From Anthoceros angustus (taxonomy: Eukaryota > Plantae > Anthocerotophyta): 64,000 nt of DNA. Below the pieces are notes generated by a model. It saw only the letters and a list, made by a program, of their open reading frames with translations. It was not told the origin of the DNA and searched no databases. Location of the stretch: NCBI GenBank assembly GCA_010909165.1, contig MU008182.1:186001-250000 (forward strand). The letters run 5' to 3'. Position numbers and translations under genes: made by a program. The number at the start of each line of letters is the position of its first letter. Position 1 is the first letter of the stretch. Shown piece after piece: positions 48,935 through 62,100 of the stretch.

Positions 48935-50560
48935 CATATAAGTAGGAGGAACCCGTGAGGACGGGTAAGCGACCTGCTTCAACGTGGGAGACTCCGCATC
49001 ATGGCTATTTGGCTTCTGATAAAAATCACACACTTGCTCAAAGATGTTTGTAGCATTGCCTAAATGATAGAAAGTACAAGTGTTTATAAAGTAGAGGTGG
49101 TTATAGGTGGTTGTAACCAATATAGCCAATAACTAAATAAAGTAACTACTTCTAGCCCTAAGAATTAAATAATGTTTAATTATAGGGATTTCTAGGTGCC
49201 CTAATGAATAGTGCCCTAATTAATGAAGTATTTTATCACACCTACTCACTATGAAGTAGGGAGAAAATAGGCTAGAAAACAAGCCTAATGTAGCTACGTA
49301 ATTCCTATTCGGAAAGAAAATATGTTGCTCAAAAGAAATTGACCTTAAACTAGTGAGCTAAAATAAAGAAACTAAATTAATAAAGAAAAATGATATATAT
49401 ATAGGATCACTATGGACATATCATTAAGACGGAATATACCGTCCATGTGCCAAAAACAGCCCATGTGATGCACGCGGGCATCCAAATAAATGCCCATAAC
49501 CGCCATGATGCTCCCCCATAGCTTCTACGTCCTTAACCATCGCAATCGAAACTCAAAACGAAACTGTAAAGGGAAGGCCAAAAGCATATCTGGAACGCGA
49601 GCTCAAGGCCATGGCGCCCTGAGCACTAGACCGCATGCACATACCAGTAGGATGGCCATCGACGCCCCGCGCGCTCCGCATCGCCGCGCACCGAGCTCAC
49701 GACGCCATCACGCGCACATGCGCTACCCACAGTCGTGCTGCGCCTCCAAAGGCTGGGGGTACCCTCTCATTCTAGCATTTGTTCTTGTGTCAATCAATCT
49801 TGGTGCTTGCCATGCGAATCCAGCACGGGGATCTTGAAGAGGCGGGCGCCGCATCTCATCTTTGTGGCGGTCGTGTGTGACCTCGGAAGTGTAGGAGGCG
49901 TCAATGTACAATAGGCCTATAGCCCCTGCAGCAAAAAGTCCACTCAAGATGAAATAATATCAGCAACTGAGAACTCTTTGTCCAACAATGATGAAGAGAT
50001 GGAAACGTCCAGGTCTGCCATTTCTAGGGCTATGAGGAGCCTGCAGACATTAGCTTCAGCTGCTGAAAACCAAAGAAGGCCCCTTGCACATAATATGGCA
50101 ATGTCTCAACAACACTCTGTGTCCAGCCAGAGTGTCCATTTCCCTACAGTGGTGGAGTTATCCTCGTCGTCTGAAGAAGCAATCAACTAGAAGGCATTTG
50201 ATGAAGACATAGAAGAGACACCAGCAGCTGAGAATGAAAGTAAGATCTCCAGCGTCTGTAAGCGAGCCATTGTAACCCATAAAGTATGTCTAACCTCCAT
50301 TTCTTACTTTGTCATTGCTCACCTTACAGGTGCTATCGAGTCAGTTCCTCCTGGAAGACGTGAAGAACATCATAGAATAGCTATCCTCACCCTGCCTCTG
50401 ACACTGAAGAGATCAGTGATGGAAGACCAAGCTGGAGAGAGAGATGTATGAGGATAGATATATATATGCTGACCCATTTGTTACTAGGAAACTTCAAAAG
50501 CTAGTAAATGATCTGTTTATTTTTGTTCTGTGGTCCATAATGGGGCAGATGATGACTAGG

Positions 50561-53233
50561 TGTGGACAAAGGACGGATGCTTTGACTCCCCTTAGGATCG
50601 ATTAGCAGGGGGGTTTTTCATTTTTTTTGAGGATTTGTGTGGAAAATAAGGGGATACGCGTGGATAATAAGGCTGATCCAGCCAAGCCGCGTAAGCGTGC
50701 GAACATATGGGTAAGGTCCAGAATGAGAAGAACCACGCCACACGTGGGTGGTGGGCAGGTGGGCGTGGCAGCAGAACCCTGCAATGTCGGCCGTTATTGG
50801 TAGATAGTCACGACTCAAGGACATGGGCCAAGAAGGCGCCGAGCGTGAGGCTACGGTACAAGATGCAGAGAGGTGGCAGTTACTGGCAGCGAAGGACATC
50901 TTCCCACGCGTCGATTATGCCCGCCACGCTGAGAGAAGAACACCTCCAGACACGGCATCTTGGCAGTTTTCTCAGTCTCTCATGCTTCGACACCCAGCCC
51001 TCTGGCGCTCTTTCTTTCACAATGCAAGCACAGTGTTCTAGAGAACTCGCATTGACTCGGCGCGCTTTTCCCCTCGGAATCTAAGGACGCGGCGAGTTAC
51101 ATCGACGCCGAGACTATTCGAGTAGCAAGGCGAGCAACGAGGAGGCATGGCTCCCAAGAAGGCGGCGGAGGTTTTGGAGCCCTAGATGCTGGTAGAGAAA
51201 AACATCATCACCAAGCGCTACCCTGATTTCTGCCCCTGGCTAGAGGAGGCGGGCGAGCTCGTCTAGGAGTGGCACCTAGACATATTCCAGGCGCTCTGGA
51301 CATATGATAGTGTGGCCCTAGTCCGGGAGTATGCACGGAAGTTGCTGGCAGCAGCAAATAAGTCCGTTCGATCGAAGAGCCTGAGGGAGGGCCCTAGACG
51401 CTGGACAGTGGAGGCCCTTCGGGCGGTGTACAACTAGCCTCCGGAGGAGGTCAAAGGGGTGGTGCCGAAGCCCCTGAAGGGGAAGGGGAAGTTGGAAGTG
51501 GCGAGGGCTGTACTTTTGAAGCAAGACGCTCAGAGGTCCTCCAACGGGTGGTTGATGTCAGACCTGAAAGACCGATGAGTGAGAGCAATGGCCAAGATCG
51601 TAGTCCACTGGAACACGCTCACCAAAGTGGACCACATGGGGGACAACCTCTTGGTGTTCCTGCATGCCCTCATGAGGGGCAAGCGGGCGGACTGGGGGCG
51701 AATCATCTTCGCCCGGATAGCACAGGAGGCGCATAAGCTGCGCAACGAGCGACCGCCTCCATCGGCACTGTCCCCTTTCATCTTGCATGTCTGGGGACAC
51801 CATAACCTCCTAAAGGAGAGGGAGGAGGAGGATGCACTCCACCGGGGGCTAGCCACCCTGCTAATTGCAAGCAGAGATGAGGAGGAGCAGCTCCCAAACA
51901 GCAGGCCAGCCGCAGAGCCCAAGACCGGGCGCACACAGGAGGAGGAGGATTGGGGGGGCATCCCGGATGCCATCCGCTTGGAGAGAACCCCTTCTCCCCC
52001 AAGGGAAATATGGGAAGAGATCCCCGCGTCCCTCTTGCTGGTGACGGCACCGAAGGAGCAAGCCCCGACAATTGCTACGACTGGGCTGGAGGTGGTGCCG
52101 GTGGCTCCGGCGGTGACGAGACCAGCCCTAGACCCCCCAGTGGAACCATGCCAGACTAGGACGGAGGGCCGGAAGAAGAAGAAGACAGTGCCCGGGCCTA
52201 CCGTCCCGATGCTGGGCCATGCTGATGAGCGCGGAGTGGGCGGAGGCGGAAGAGGCAGTTCAGCGAGCGGAGTAAGACGCCGCCCAAGGGGCAGCAGGGC
52301 ACTGGCAGCACCCGCACTTGGAACCGGTGCTCTCCCCCACTAGGAAGGGGAAACGAGCCAGCTCCCGAACTCCGTCGCCCCCACCGGACCCAAAACGCCG
52401 AAGGGCGGAGAAGGAGTTAGCCGCGAAACGGGCCAAGGAGGTGGAGGGTTTGGTACCGGATGGGCAAGACCTAGAACTCCTAATCAAGGCCAGAGTGCCC
52501 GATCCGGACCAGCTCCAACGAACGGCAGTCTGGCAGTCCTTGGTTGGACAGGGGATGCCTGCACCCTCGGCAGGATTTGAAGGAGCTTCGCCGGCCGCCG
52601 CGGTGGAGGAGGCTAGGCACTCGAGTCCTGGCATCCGTCGCGGATGGTATGATCTGGGGGCTCTATCGGGCCTCTGAGCGAACACAAGAGGTAGAAGCCA
52701 CTAGACGACATGGTGGAGCTTCAAGGCCAGAAGGAGGGTGTTGTTGTGCGCGAAGTGAGAGCCAAGATTGAGGAGGAGGAGAAGTGTCGAACGGCTAAGA
52801 GGAAAGCGAGATCCGCCCTACAAGACCGTGCCAAGGTTCTTCAGCTATGTGAACAGCTGAAGTAGGCGCAAGGGGCCCAAGCACGCGCAGAGGCCCTAAG
52901 CCAAGAATTGGAAGGCGGCCAAGAACGAGAAGGTACGGCAACGTGAAGGCTGTGGCAGGCGGCGGAGGAAGCTCTGGCAGAGTCCGCCTACAGAAGAGCG
53001 ACAAGTGTGTACACATTTTTGTGGTAGGAGATCGCCGTAGTCCTCGGCATAAGCAATCGGATCGACTTGGTCAAGAGTTTAGGATCGCAGCTGGAGGAGA
53101 TGAGACCGCTCTAAACCCACCATGCGCGATAGTAGAACAAGAATGCATGTTCCCATTTCTAGCATCATCTAGCCGCATCAGCTCGCCTGTTCTCTATTGC
53201 GGTACGGCCCGCTAGGCCAAGCTGAAAGAGGTA
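50561..53233 (+). mobile_element. ORF-bearing LTR-like module, truncated by CACTA III
   Basis: Starts TGTGGACAAAGG, with the same leader layout and ORF as the 962 element. Confidence 0.65.
51147..53000 (+). pseudogene. Accessory ORF (Transposase_32-like), best-preserved copy
   Basis: MAPKKAAEVLEP...EWHLDIF...YDSVALVREYA...VFLHALMRGKRADWGRIIFARI...SALSPFILHVWG resembles the LVREFY and (D/N)WG.II...P.LIT signatures of plant retroelement extra ORFs. Contains stops and frameshifts. Confidence 0.6.
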
Positions 53234-53689
53234 CACTACTAGGAAAACGGGCCTTTTACAACGGAAATTACAACGCCTTTACTAAGTCTGTTGTAAAAAC
53301 CCCCGTAGTAAACACACGTTAGTAATATCCGTAGTAAAATTACATATGGCATATACGAGGGCTATAATCGTGTATTAAATACGGTATTGTCCATTTCATA
53401 CGGTGTATGGCTTGACTGGTGCTCCGTACACTAGTTAAACTTTACAACAGAACCCCTTTATAGCGGACATTACTACGATACACTTACAATGCGTTTTACA
53501 ACTTCAATAACCATGGTTAATATACTAGAGTTAAGTACTCATGGTTAATTGACTGTAGTTTATTAACTGGGATTAAGTAACTGGATTCCGATAACCACAA
53601 ACTAACTGGCATTACTTAACCACGATTAACCTAACTGAATGGCCGTTGTAATCGTGCATACCTTTTGCACATGGTGGAGCATCTTCTTT

Positions 53690-54430
53690 TGGGGAAGAAG
53701 ATGTTCCACCATGAAACCTTCATCCCGGACCTTCTTCTTCAGAATGGCATTCATTACCTGTTCATCACACTCTCCACTCTCATATCATGCTTCATGCAAT
53801 AGATTCCAGACATTCACAGCCTTATCGATTTTCCCTTCAGAATCCACTTGAGGACCCAAGGATGAAATTGTGGTTTCAGGGTCTTTCCAATGCGCTCTCA
53901 GCTTGTTCAGCCAAGTTCCATGTCTAGATCCCACAGCCTTGATCTCTTCAAAAGTTGCTTGCCTATCAAACTTGGCTTTGAACCTATCCATAAATTGCTT
54001 TTGACCTCCAAACCCAAAGCAAGAATAGGGCTTAGCAGCGACGTTTTTCCCTCTCTGCACTACAACAATCTTCTATTGACTGGGTGCAACAACACCATCC
54101 AGCTTCTCTTTCTCTTGTTTCAGAAGAATATCCCAATACTCCTTCTTCAGGCTCTTGGGCACATACTTGTCACTTGATTTCTTCCCATGTAAGAAGTGCC
54201 TAGCCTTCTTCCTCAAATTATTCTTCCAATCCTAAGCCCGGGTGCAACTAACTGAGCTACAACACAATGAAAGCTCCATGGACCTGAAATAATTTGACGT
54301 AAGGTGCTTTCAATAAGAAGCACATCAACATCGTAGTGCTAAAATCGATAAAGTGGTTGCACATGTGTCGGATAGTGTAGTGCACTCTATCCTTCAGTGG
54401 AAACCAAGAAGGTGAGTCACGTAGTATGTA
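53690..54430 (-). pseudogene. TnpA-like (Ptta/En/Spm) exon of CACTA III
   Basis: WKNNLRKK...YVPKSLKKEYWDILLK...CFGFGGQKQFMDRFKAKFDRQATFEEI. Confidence 0.6.
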
Positions 54431-54946
54431 ACCTGCACATACAAAAACACATAGACAATTGTGCTTTAGTACATTCTGTCCTACAAAACCTGTGACTAAA
54501 AGCCTGCCCGTCTATAGGCTTTCAAGTTCGAATTTATGTGCCCGAGCTACAGACCTATTGCGAACCACTAGGCTGTTATAGGCTCGAACTGTGCTCAAGT
54601 ATCGCCCACATTTACAGCCCTGAAATTGTGTGTGTAATCAATTCAGCTCGGCATGCCCTTACAGCCTATATTCAAGTTGAATTTGCGTTCAAATTCAGCT
54701 TGAATTTGCGTGCCTGGGAATTAAAGCTGCAAAATCGTGTGAATTTACATGTTCAATACAAGCCTATAATTTATAGGCTTGAATACAGTTCCAGATTCAG
54801 CTATATTTGCAAGAAGATCAGTCTATATTCGCTTGTAATCGTGCCTGCTTTCTAGTGTGAATTTAGTGAGATTCAGTCTGACATACTGATTCAGCTGAGA
54901 AATTCAACAAGGCTGAATTTACTACCGCAAGATGACAAATAGGGCC

Positions 54947-56425
54947 TCACCTACAAGCATCTTCCTCACCAACAGAGTGCTTACTGCTTTCATGCAAGTA
55001 CGATAGCAGAACCTCATGCTCCAAGTCGCAATTCCTCTTCCGTTTTGGACCACGCCGCTTGTTGCCCTTGAAGTCCACATCCATACATGCCGTAGGAATT
55101 TTGCCATGTACCCCAGCATGAGCATCTCCACACTGATGCTCATGTTGGCGGTTGTCACAGCCCGGCTGTGTTTCGACACCAAGTCTATTGTTCGCACCCT
55201 CAGAAGAAATCGGTGGCAAGGGTGTCCTAGAAGCAAATGAGTTCACTTCTGCATCACAGGCCAGCCCATTTTCCAGTCTCGCGGCCTCTTCCAAAATATC
55301 AGCTATCCCACGATCCTGGAGGCTATCACAGACCACCACGTTAGAATCATGCCAATCCTTCATGCTGTCAGTAGGCTCACCTCCAGGAATTTGGTAAGCA
55401 CAAGCATTAGCCGTGTATTCGGCTTGCAAAGGCACCTTCGAGTACTGGACAGTTGCTAGTCCCTTCTCATCGGTAGTGTATGGTGCCAAATCACTCCTTA
55501 CCCGGTCGACCTCAACTCCGCCGACCTCCTCTTCGCCGGCCTCCTCAACGGCTTCCTTGGTTGAGTTCGCCTCCTCTTCGTCCTTCCTTGCCTCGAGGTT
55601 GGGAGCACTTGCGGGCGGAGATTCCGGCAGGCCCTGCATCGCATACACCCATGTCGGCATGTGGGCCTTCCCACTCTTGGACAATCCAAAAGGATGTCCG
55701 AGGTCACCCGTTGTGCAGACTTGAGTCGTTCCAAACCCCTCATGTGGCACATGTGGATGTGGTTGTGAGGCCGGGATTTGTGTTGGAAGGACATCATCTG
55801 TGTCATCGAGGTAAGGCGCGCACTGGACCTTATGGAACCTGTCCTCCTCATCTTCGTCATCGCCTCTTGACCTTGACTCGAACATGAGCCAAGACCCGTC
55901 AACCATTTGTGGCCAGATTGGCTGATCTAGCCCTTGAGACTCTTGGTTAAACTCTCCTCTGCCGTGCTTCGTTCCTTCTCTCCGACCTCGTGTTGGCCTC
56001 GCCAAGCCATCTGCGCCAGCATCAGAAATTGATAGACGCTTGCCTTGCAGTTTGTCACCCTTAACTCGGCCACCGCGCTTAGCTCGTCCACGATTACCCC
56101 CCTTGCCACCATTTGTCTGCTGATATCTTCCAGCTGTCCGCTCATCCTCGTCACCATTGGCCTCTTCTTCTTGTGCCTGCATCCTCAACTTCTTCACCTG
56201 CACCCACTTACCTTTTAGGTTTTGAGGCGCCGGCCCTAAGATCGAAGTAGCATGAGCCAAGTTCTTGTTTTTCACAACCATCCCTGGGTCCGAGAAGTAG
56301 TTCCTTCCAGTGTGGCCTCGACGGATGCATCCCCAGCGCAGAAGGCCGCCGTTGCCAATCGCCTTGTCTCGATGTCCGTCTCGGCATGGCATTCTATCTT
56401 CTTGGCTTTTGGCATGTGCACCCAT
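54947..56425 (-). CDS. Low-complexity ORF (492 aa), probably an upstream part of the CACTA III TnpA-like gene
   Basis: Longest ORF in the window, acidic and disordered-looking, same strand as and upstream of the TnpA-like exon. Confidence 0.45.
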   Translation of the reverse strand: MGAHAKSQEDRMPCRDGHRDKAIGNGGLLRWGCIRRGHTGRNYFSDPGMVVKNKNLAHATSILGPAPQNLKGKWVQVKKLRMQAQEEEANGDEDERTAGRYQQTNGGKGGNRGRAKRGGRVKGDKLQGKRLSISDAGADGLARPTRGRREGTKHGRGEFNQESQGLDQPIWPQMVDGSWLMFESRSRGDDEDEEDRFHKVQCAPYLDDTDDVLPTQIPASQPHPHVPHEGFGTTQVCTTGDLGHPFGLSKSGKAHMPTWVYAMQGLPESPPASAPNLEARKDEEEANSTKEAVEEAGEEEVGGVEVDRVRSDLAPYTTDEKGLATVQYSKVPLQAEYTANACAYQIPGGEPTDSMKDWHDSNVVVCDSLQDRGIADILEEAARLENGLACDAEVNSFASRTPLPPISSEGANNRLGVETQPGCDNRQHEHQCGDAHAGVHGKIPTACMDVDFKGNKRRGPKRKRNCDLEHEVLLSYLHESSKHSVGEEDACR

Positions 56426-59115
56426 TGCTGGTTATGAAAAACAAGAGCTCTACAGCGAACGGCACGAGCAAACAACAATACACACCCATGAATGTAAACG
56501 CCACAGAGAAAGAACAACGCCCTCATGCTGACATACCCTTGACCTAGAACTTGCCTTTACCACACTTGCTGAGGTGTCCTTCTTCTTCTACATTGTTTGC
56601 GCTCCTCGAACTGCTGTATAGACGTGGTATATCACTGACCACAAGAGAGCGGTGTGCGGACAGCGTTGATAGATGTCTCGGTACTTTCTCCCTTCGTGTC
56701 GCAGTGCACTGGCCAAAACAGAGATGACGTGCGGGGCCCTTTCCAATGCTTTTTTCGCCATCTTCACGAAGACTTGGATTTCCCGCGCATTCTCTCGAAG
56801 AAAACCACTTCTCCTCCGGTGTCTCGCGTGAACGGACTATTGTTCTCCATTTAATGTCTGCATTATTCACCATATTTATAGCCTGTTCATTGAGTTTAGA
56901 TATTTGAATATTTAACCTAACTGTAGTTACCAGGACCCGCAAGTTTCGAAACCCATGGACAAGTTGAAACAATATGCTTAAGGGTTTTCCTTTGTCCTTG
57001 GGTTTTGGTGTTTGATAAAATAAAATTGGCCCTAATTTTTTTTATGGTTACGGGCCACTGGGTTAGAAACGCTGGAAATGGGTTTCCCCATTGTCCTTGG
57101 GTTTTGGTATCTGGTTAAACAATGGTTTGAGTAGTCCTTGGGTTTCGGGAAAATGGTTTAGTGTTAATACCTTGGGTTTCGGGAACATGGTTTAGCTTTA
57201 CTCTAGTTTCGGGATCATGGTTTAGGGTTCCTTGGGTTTTGGGAACATGGTACAGTCAAATACATATCCTCTCGGTCATAAACTTTGATCGGGTACTTGG
57301 CCATGACCACTGAAGTTGATGTTGAGTTTTTGTGACTTGTCATTTTCGGGACTTGGGTTCGAGATCATGTACTGTGGCATGCCGACGCCTGAACTTGAGT
57401 GCGTAAGACACCCGGCGGCCTCTCATCTGCCCAAGTCGGCAATAAAAGGATACATTGCCTTCAAGCCACTCCTCCAGTTCACTGATTTCATTCTACCGGG
57501 CGATCGTTCGTGACATACTTTGCGATTGAGGTGAGCCACGCTTTTCCACTATTGGCCGATTTGTAGTGTTGTAGATGTCGCGCGCGTTTTTGGCAAAGTT
57601 GCATGCTGAGAACTCGGTTTATAATTACGGCTTGCATGTGTTTAGATTATGCTCACGATTCTCATTTCCGATCACAAGTTGCACCAGTTTTTGTTGTTGT
57701 CTGGCTTGCCAGGAAAGACGGAAGCCCAAGCTACCGCTATGGCTTTGAACACTAGTCATGGGACCTCAATTTTTGAGGACGACGAGAAAGAGCTCACTGT
57801 CCTTATCGACAAGCTCGGCTCCCTTTCTCACCAATATCTGTGGCCTCTGCTGCGATTGGTGTAACATAAATTTTTTCAAGTAACACTTAGTCCTAGGACC
57901 GTGTTTTGCATTGAGCTTGCTGCTAAAAGAAATCCTCACATTCAAAGTCATCTAAAAACTTGCGCCAGAAGGCATTCTAAAGCGAGAAATTTTCCTCAAG
58001 AGACAATTTTTCCTCAAGTGACACTTAGTCATAGGACCTTGTTTTGGGTTGAGTTTGCTGCTAAAAGAAATCCTCGCATTTGGAGTTCGGAATGCTCGGC
58101 CTCCTAAGTTTTTGGTCAATGTCTTATGGTTACTACTCTACGCTGTAAATTTGAGTCTAGCTTTCTAATAGTGTATCAATCTAGCTTTCTTGTTTACGGA
58201 AACTAATTACAAGCCGAAATAATTTAGCATTAAGAAACGGCTCCATGGTTTCTAGCATTACAAAGGTGGGTCTTTTGATATGATGAAACCGCATTGGAAA
58301 GAGCATCTCTTTAGGATCTTGTCCATTTTTTTTAGAAATTAAATATCTAAGAAATAGATCACAAAAAACCCAAAATTAATTTTCAATAAATTATCGACGA
58401 AAATACGCCAAACCCTGTATCTTTCCGGGGTTAATTACAAGACAATATAAGTTTTACTGAATATAAATTACGTTAAAATATTACATAACCATATGATATA
58501 CTTCACTAAGCTTGTAAGTACATATAAGGCAACGCTTGTGTATAATGATGTGGTCATTGGTGACGTGAAAGAGATTTTATTAGTGGGGTTTTGTGTTTTT
58601 GGGTTCGTTCGAGGATGAGCGTCTGAACAAAGTTCACGGTGCTGTGCAGCTATGTGCTGACCTTCCTTCGCGCTTGCCCCGTTTGCTGTCCGCGCTGCAA
58701 GAATGGACAAACTCTAGGGTTTTTCTGTGCCCGTCAAGCAAGTGACACTTGGGTTACGGGGAAGCGAAGCTAAGTTTTGGAGGCAAACCGATGGGTCTCT
58801 TTTGTTCTTCCACCAGCATGGGCTTTTTGATGGTTCGAAGTATGACTTGGTGAGGGATCCGCGATAGGCCCCAGCACGCAGACATTGCCAGACGCGAATG
58901 GCTTCGTAGAGCCATCAAAGTTGTATCGAAGAAGTCATTGCAACACGACGGATGACTGTTGGCCCGAAGCACTGGGAAGTGTGAGAAGGTTGACCTGCAA
59001 TCCTGTGGACGCCAGGAGGTAGGTATGCACCTGACTGAAAGGCTGTTGGTGACGGTGACTAGAGCTTCTGGGAGCAACGGTCCTGCCAGCAGACCTATCA
59101 TGGTCTGTGGCAGGT

Positions 59116-62100
59116 ATGGAGAGAAGTGAGCCATCTTTGGTTCCAGAATGGCTCAAGGGAGCCGGTGGCGGAAGTGGGGTTCCCCACCACGCCCAACCTC
59201 TCAGCCATCAAGGTATATTTCTAAGTCCTCCAGGTTGTTCTTGGTGCTGAGTACTTTTTCTAAAGGATGGCTGCTTGCACGTCGAGTAAGCACGGTTGCT
59301 GATCCAATTGAGCTCTTCCGCTGTTGTTAAAGTTTGTCATTTTTGTGGGTTTCGGTCCCTGCTACCACTGGAGCTTGATCTACCGTGTAGGCACTTCAGT
59401 CTATGCGAAGTTGATGGTTCCCTTTCAGAACCCCTGTTAGGTCCCGAGACGTTTTCCTCCTCATTTTTGGCGTTATCCTTGTCAGTGTTAAGGGAAACAC
59501 CTTACAGCTTCAAGATATCGAGGGTGCTGCGATGCATCTATTTTTAGGGCTTGCACTGCAATGTAAACGGTCCCTGTCCGGTTTCTATGCTGTGCACAGA
59601 GCTTGAAACATTTTCTCGTCTTGGTTTTACATTTGGTTATGCACGGGGTGTCAGCATGTGCAGTATATGGGGAGGCTGAGGTTTAGATCCTTGCTTGTAA
59701 TTTGAGTGTGCGAGGAATCGGTGGTAGAAGGTTGCCACTTTGGAAGCTAACCGTTTTGCAGTTTTGGATGTTAGTGATATTTGTGGCATATGCTCATATT
59801 CACTTGGCTTGGCAGACGAGAGTGGGAGCGTGTTTTTGTCTAGACAACGGTCACAACCTCATGGTTCAACGGTAGCTGGACATGGAGATTATGACTCTCC
59901 ACGGTACTTGGGCTCCTCTGAGCGCCTTTTATGCTACAGTTAGGAGAGGAAGTAGTGCTGGAAGTGCAAATGAAGCTATGAAAGGGATTCATTTTCCCAT
60001 TCCAGGCCGTACTCTAGCTTTGGTAGGAGTCCATCCTATCGTGTATGATGGATTAGATCGTGATCGTGAAGGACAGAGGGATCGTGACTGGGATTGGGAG
60101 CGAGATAGAGACCGAGAGTTTCGTGATAGAGAAAGGGAGAGAGCATTGGCGTTTGGTGCTGGAGATGATAGGGATATAGGCGTGAGCGCTCAGACACAAC
60201 TTTCAAGGCCAACTACTTCAGGAACTGCAGGCAGGTATGAGTCAGATTTGGCTCACGGCGATCTCAGTCTCTCGGTTCAAACAGGGGTCAGAGAACGGGA
60301 GAAGAAAGCTGTAGGTGAGTTAGGTGGACTCCCAACACGCCCAACCTCTCAGCCATCAAGGTATATTTCTAAGTCCTCCAGGTTGTTCTTGGTGCTGAGT
60401 ACTTTTTCTAAAGGATGGCTGCTTGCACGTCGAGTAAGCACGGTTGCTGATCCAATTGAGCTCTTCCGCTGTTGTTAAAGTTTGTCATTTTTGTGGGTTT
60501 CGGTCCCTGCTACCACTGGAGCTTGATCTACCGTGTAGGCACTTCAGTCTATGCGAAGTTGATGGTTCCTTCAGAACCCCTGTTAGGTCCTGAGACGTTT
60601 TCCTCCTCATTTTGGCGTTATCCTTGTCAGTGTTAAGGGAAACACCTTACAGCTTCAAGATATCGAGGGTGCTGCGATGCATCTATTTTTAGGGCTTGCA
60701 CTGCAATGTAAACGGTCCCTGTCCGGTTTCTATGCTGTGCACAGAGCTTGAAACATTTTCTCGTCTTGGTTTTACATTTGGTTATGCACGGGGTGTCAGC
60801 ATGTGCAGTATATGGGGAGGCTGAGGTTTAGATCCTTGCTTGTAATTTGAGTGTGCGAGGAATCGGTGGTAGAAGGTTGCCACTTTGGAAGCTAACCGTT
60901 TTGCAGTTTTGGATGTTAGTGATATTTGTGGCATATGCTCATATTCACTTGGCTTGGCAGACGAGAGTGGGAGCGTGTTTTTGTCTAGACAACGGTCACA
61001 ACCTCATGGTTCAACGGTAGCTGGACATGGAGATTATGACTCTCCACGGTACTTGGGCTCCTCTGAGCGCCTTTTTTATGCTACAGTTAGGAGAGGAAGT
61101 AGTGCTGGAAGTGCAAATGAACGCCCAAGCTATGAAAGGGATTCATTTTCCCATTCCAGGCCGTACTCTAGCTTTGGTAGGAGTCCATCCTATCGTGTGT
61201 ATGATGGATTAGATCGTGATCGTGAAGGACAGAGGGATCGTGACTGGGATTGGGAGCGAGATAGAGACCGAGAGTTTCGTGATAGAGAAAGGGAGAGAGC
61301 ATTGGCGTTTGGTGCTGGAGATGATAGGGATATAGAGCGTGAGCGTTCAGACACAACTTTTCGAAGGCCAACTACTTCAGGAACTGCAGGCAGGTATGAG
61401 TCAGATTTGGCTCTACGGCGATCTCAGTCTCTCGGTTCAAACAGGGGGTCAGAGAACGGGGAGAAGAAAGCTGTAGGTGAGTTAGGTGGACTCCCAACAG
61501 CAGCCCCAACAGTCAGTAGTGTTAGTCTGACTAGCAGTATGCAAAAGGCTGCGTTTGAACGAAATTTTCCTTCTCTTGGGGCTCAGGAAAGGCAGAGCGC
61601 TATTCAATCTGGCACTGGGAATGTAGCAGTGCTGAGTCCTCGACCTTCATGGCAGGGATCCACTTCACGGCCAGATGGAAGAACTGGTGCTTCTCCTGGG
61701 ATGCCATCCACTCAGGGTGCGATCTCTGGAAGTTCTTCAGCTGGTGGTGCTGTGAGCATTGGGGCAGAAGGGTGGAATTCGGCTCTTGCTGAAGCACCCC
61801 TGTTGTGAGCAGCACTGTCCCAGTAAATAATGGGTGTCTCCAGGAGGCCACTGTAACAACTATAAGTCCAACCCCACACTCTGGAGGCACTTTATCAACC
61901 TCTTTGAGTGCTCCAAAGATGGCTGAAACTTTGGCTCAGAATCCTTCTCGAATCAGGACTCCTCCCAGGTGAGGCTGCTGTTCCTGGGTGTTTGCCAGCC
62001 TTACATGAACTTTCCTGACTTCTTACACAAAATGGTGCCACTTTAACTTTCGTCATTGTTAACCTTGTTCCCAGTTTGTGGTGGAGACCCAGACTCAGAG

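Larger units (their letters stand above)
53234..58150 (-). mobile_element. CACTA element III (relative of element II, opposite orientation); far end not found
   Basis: CACTACTAGGAAAACG at 53234 with subterminal repeats matching the 27642 end. CCTTGGGTTT/CATGGTTTA repeats at ~56985-57250. The right boundary is a guess. Confidence 0.8.

Noticed and set aside
58150-58600. Right terminus of CACTA III
   Set aside because: No CTAGTAGTG followed by the expected GTA TSD was found.
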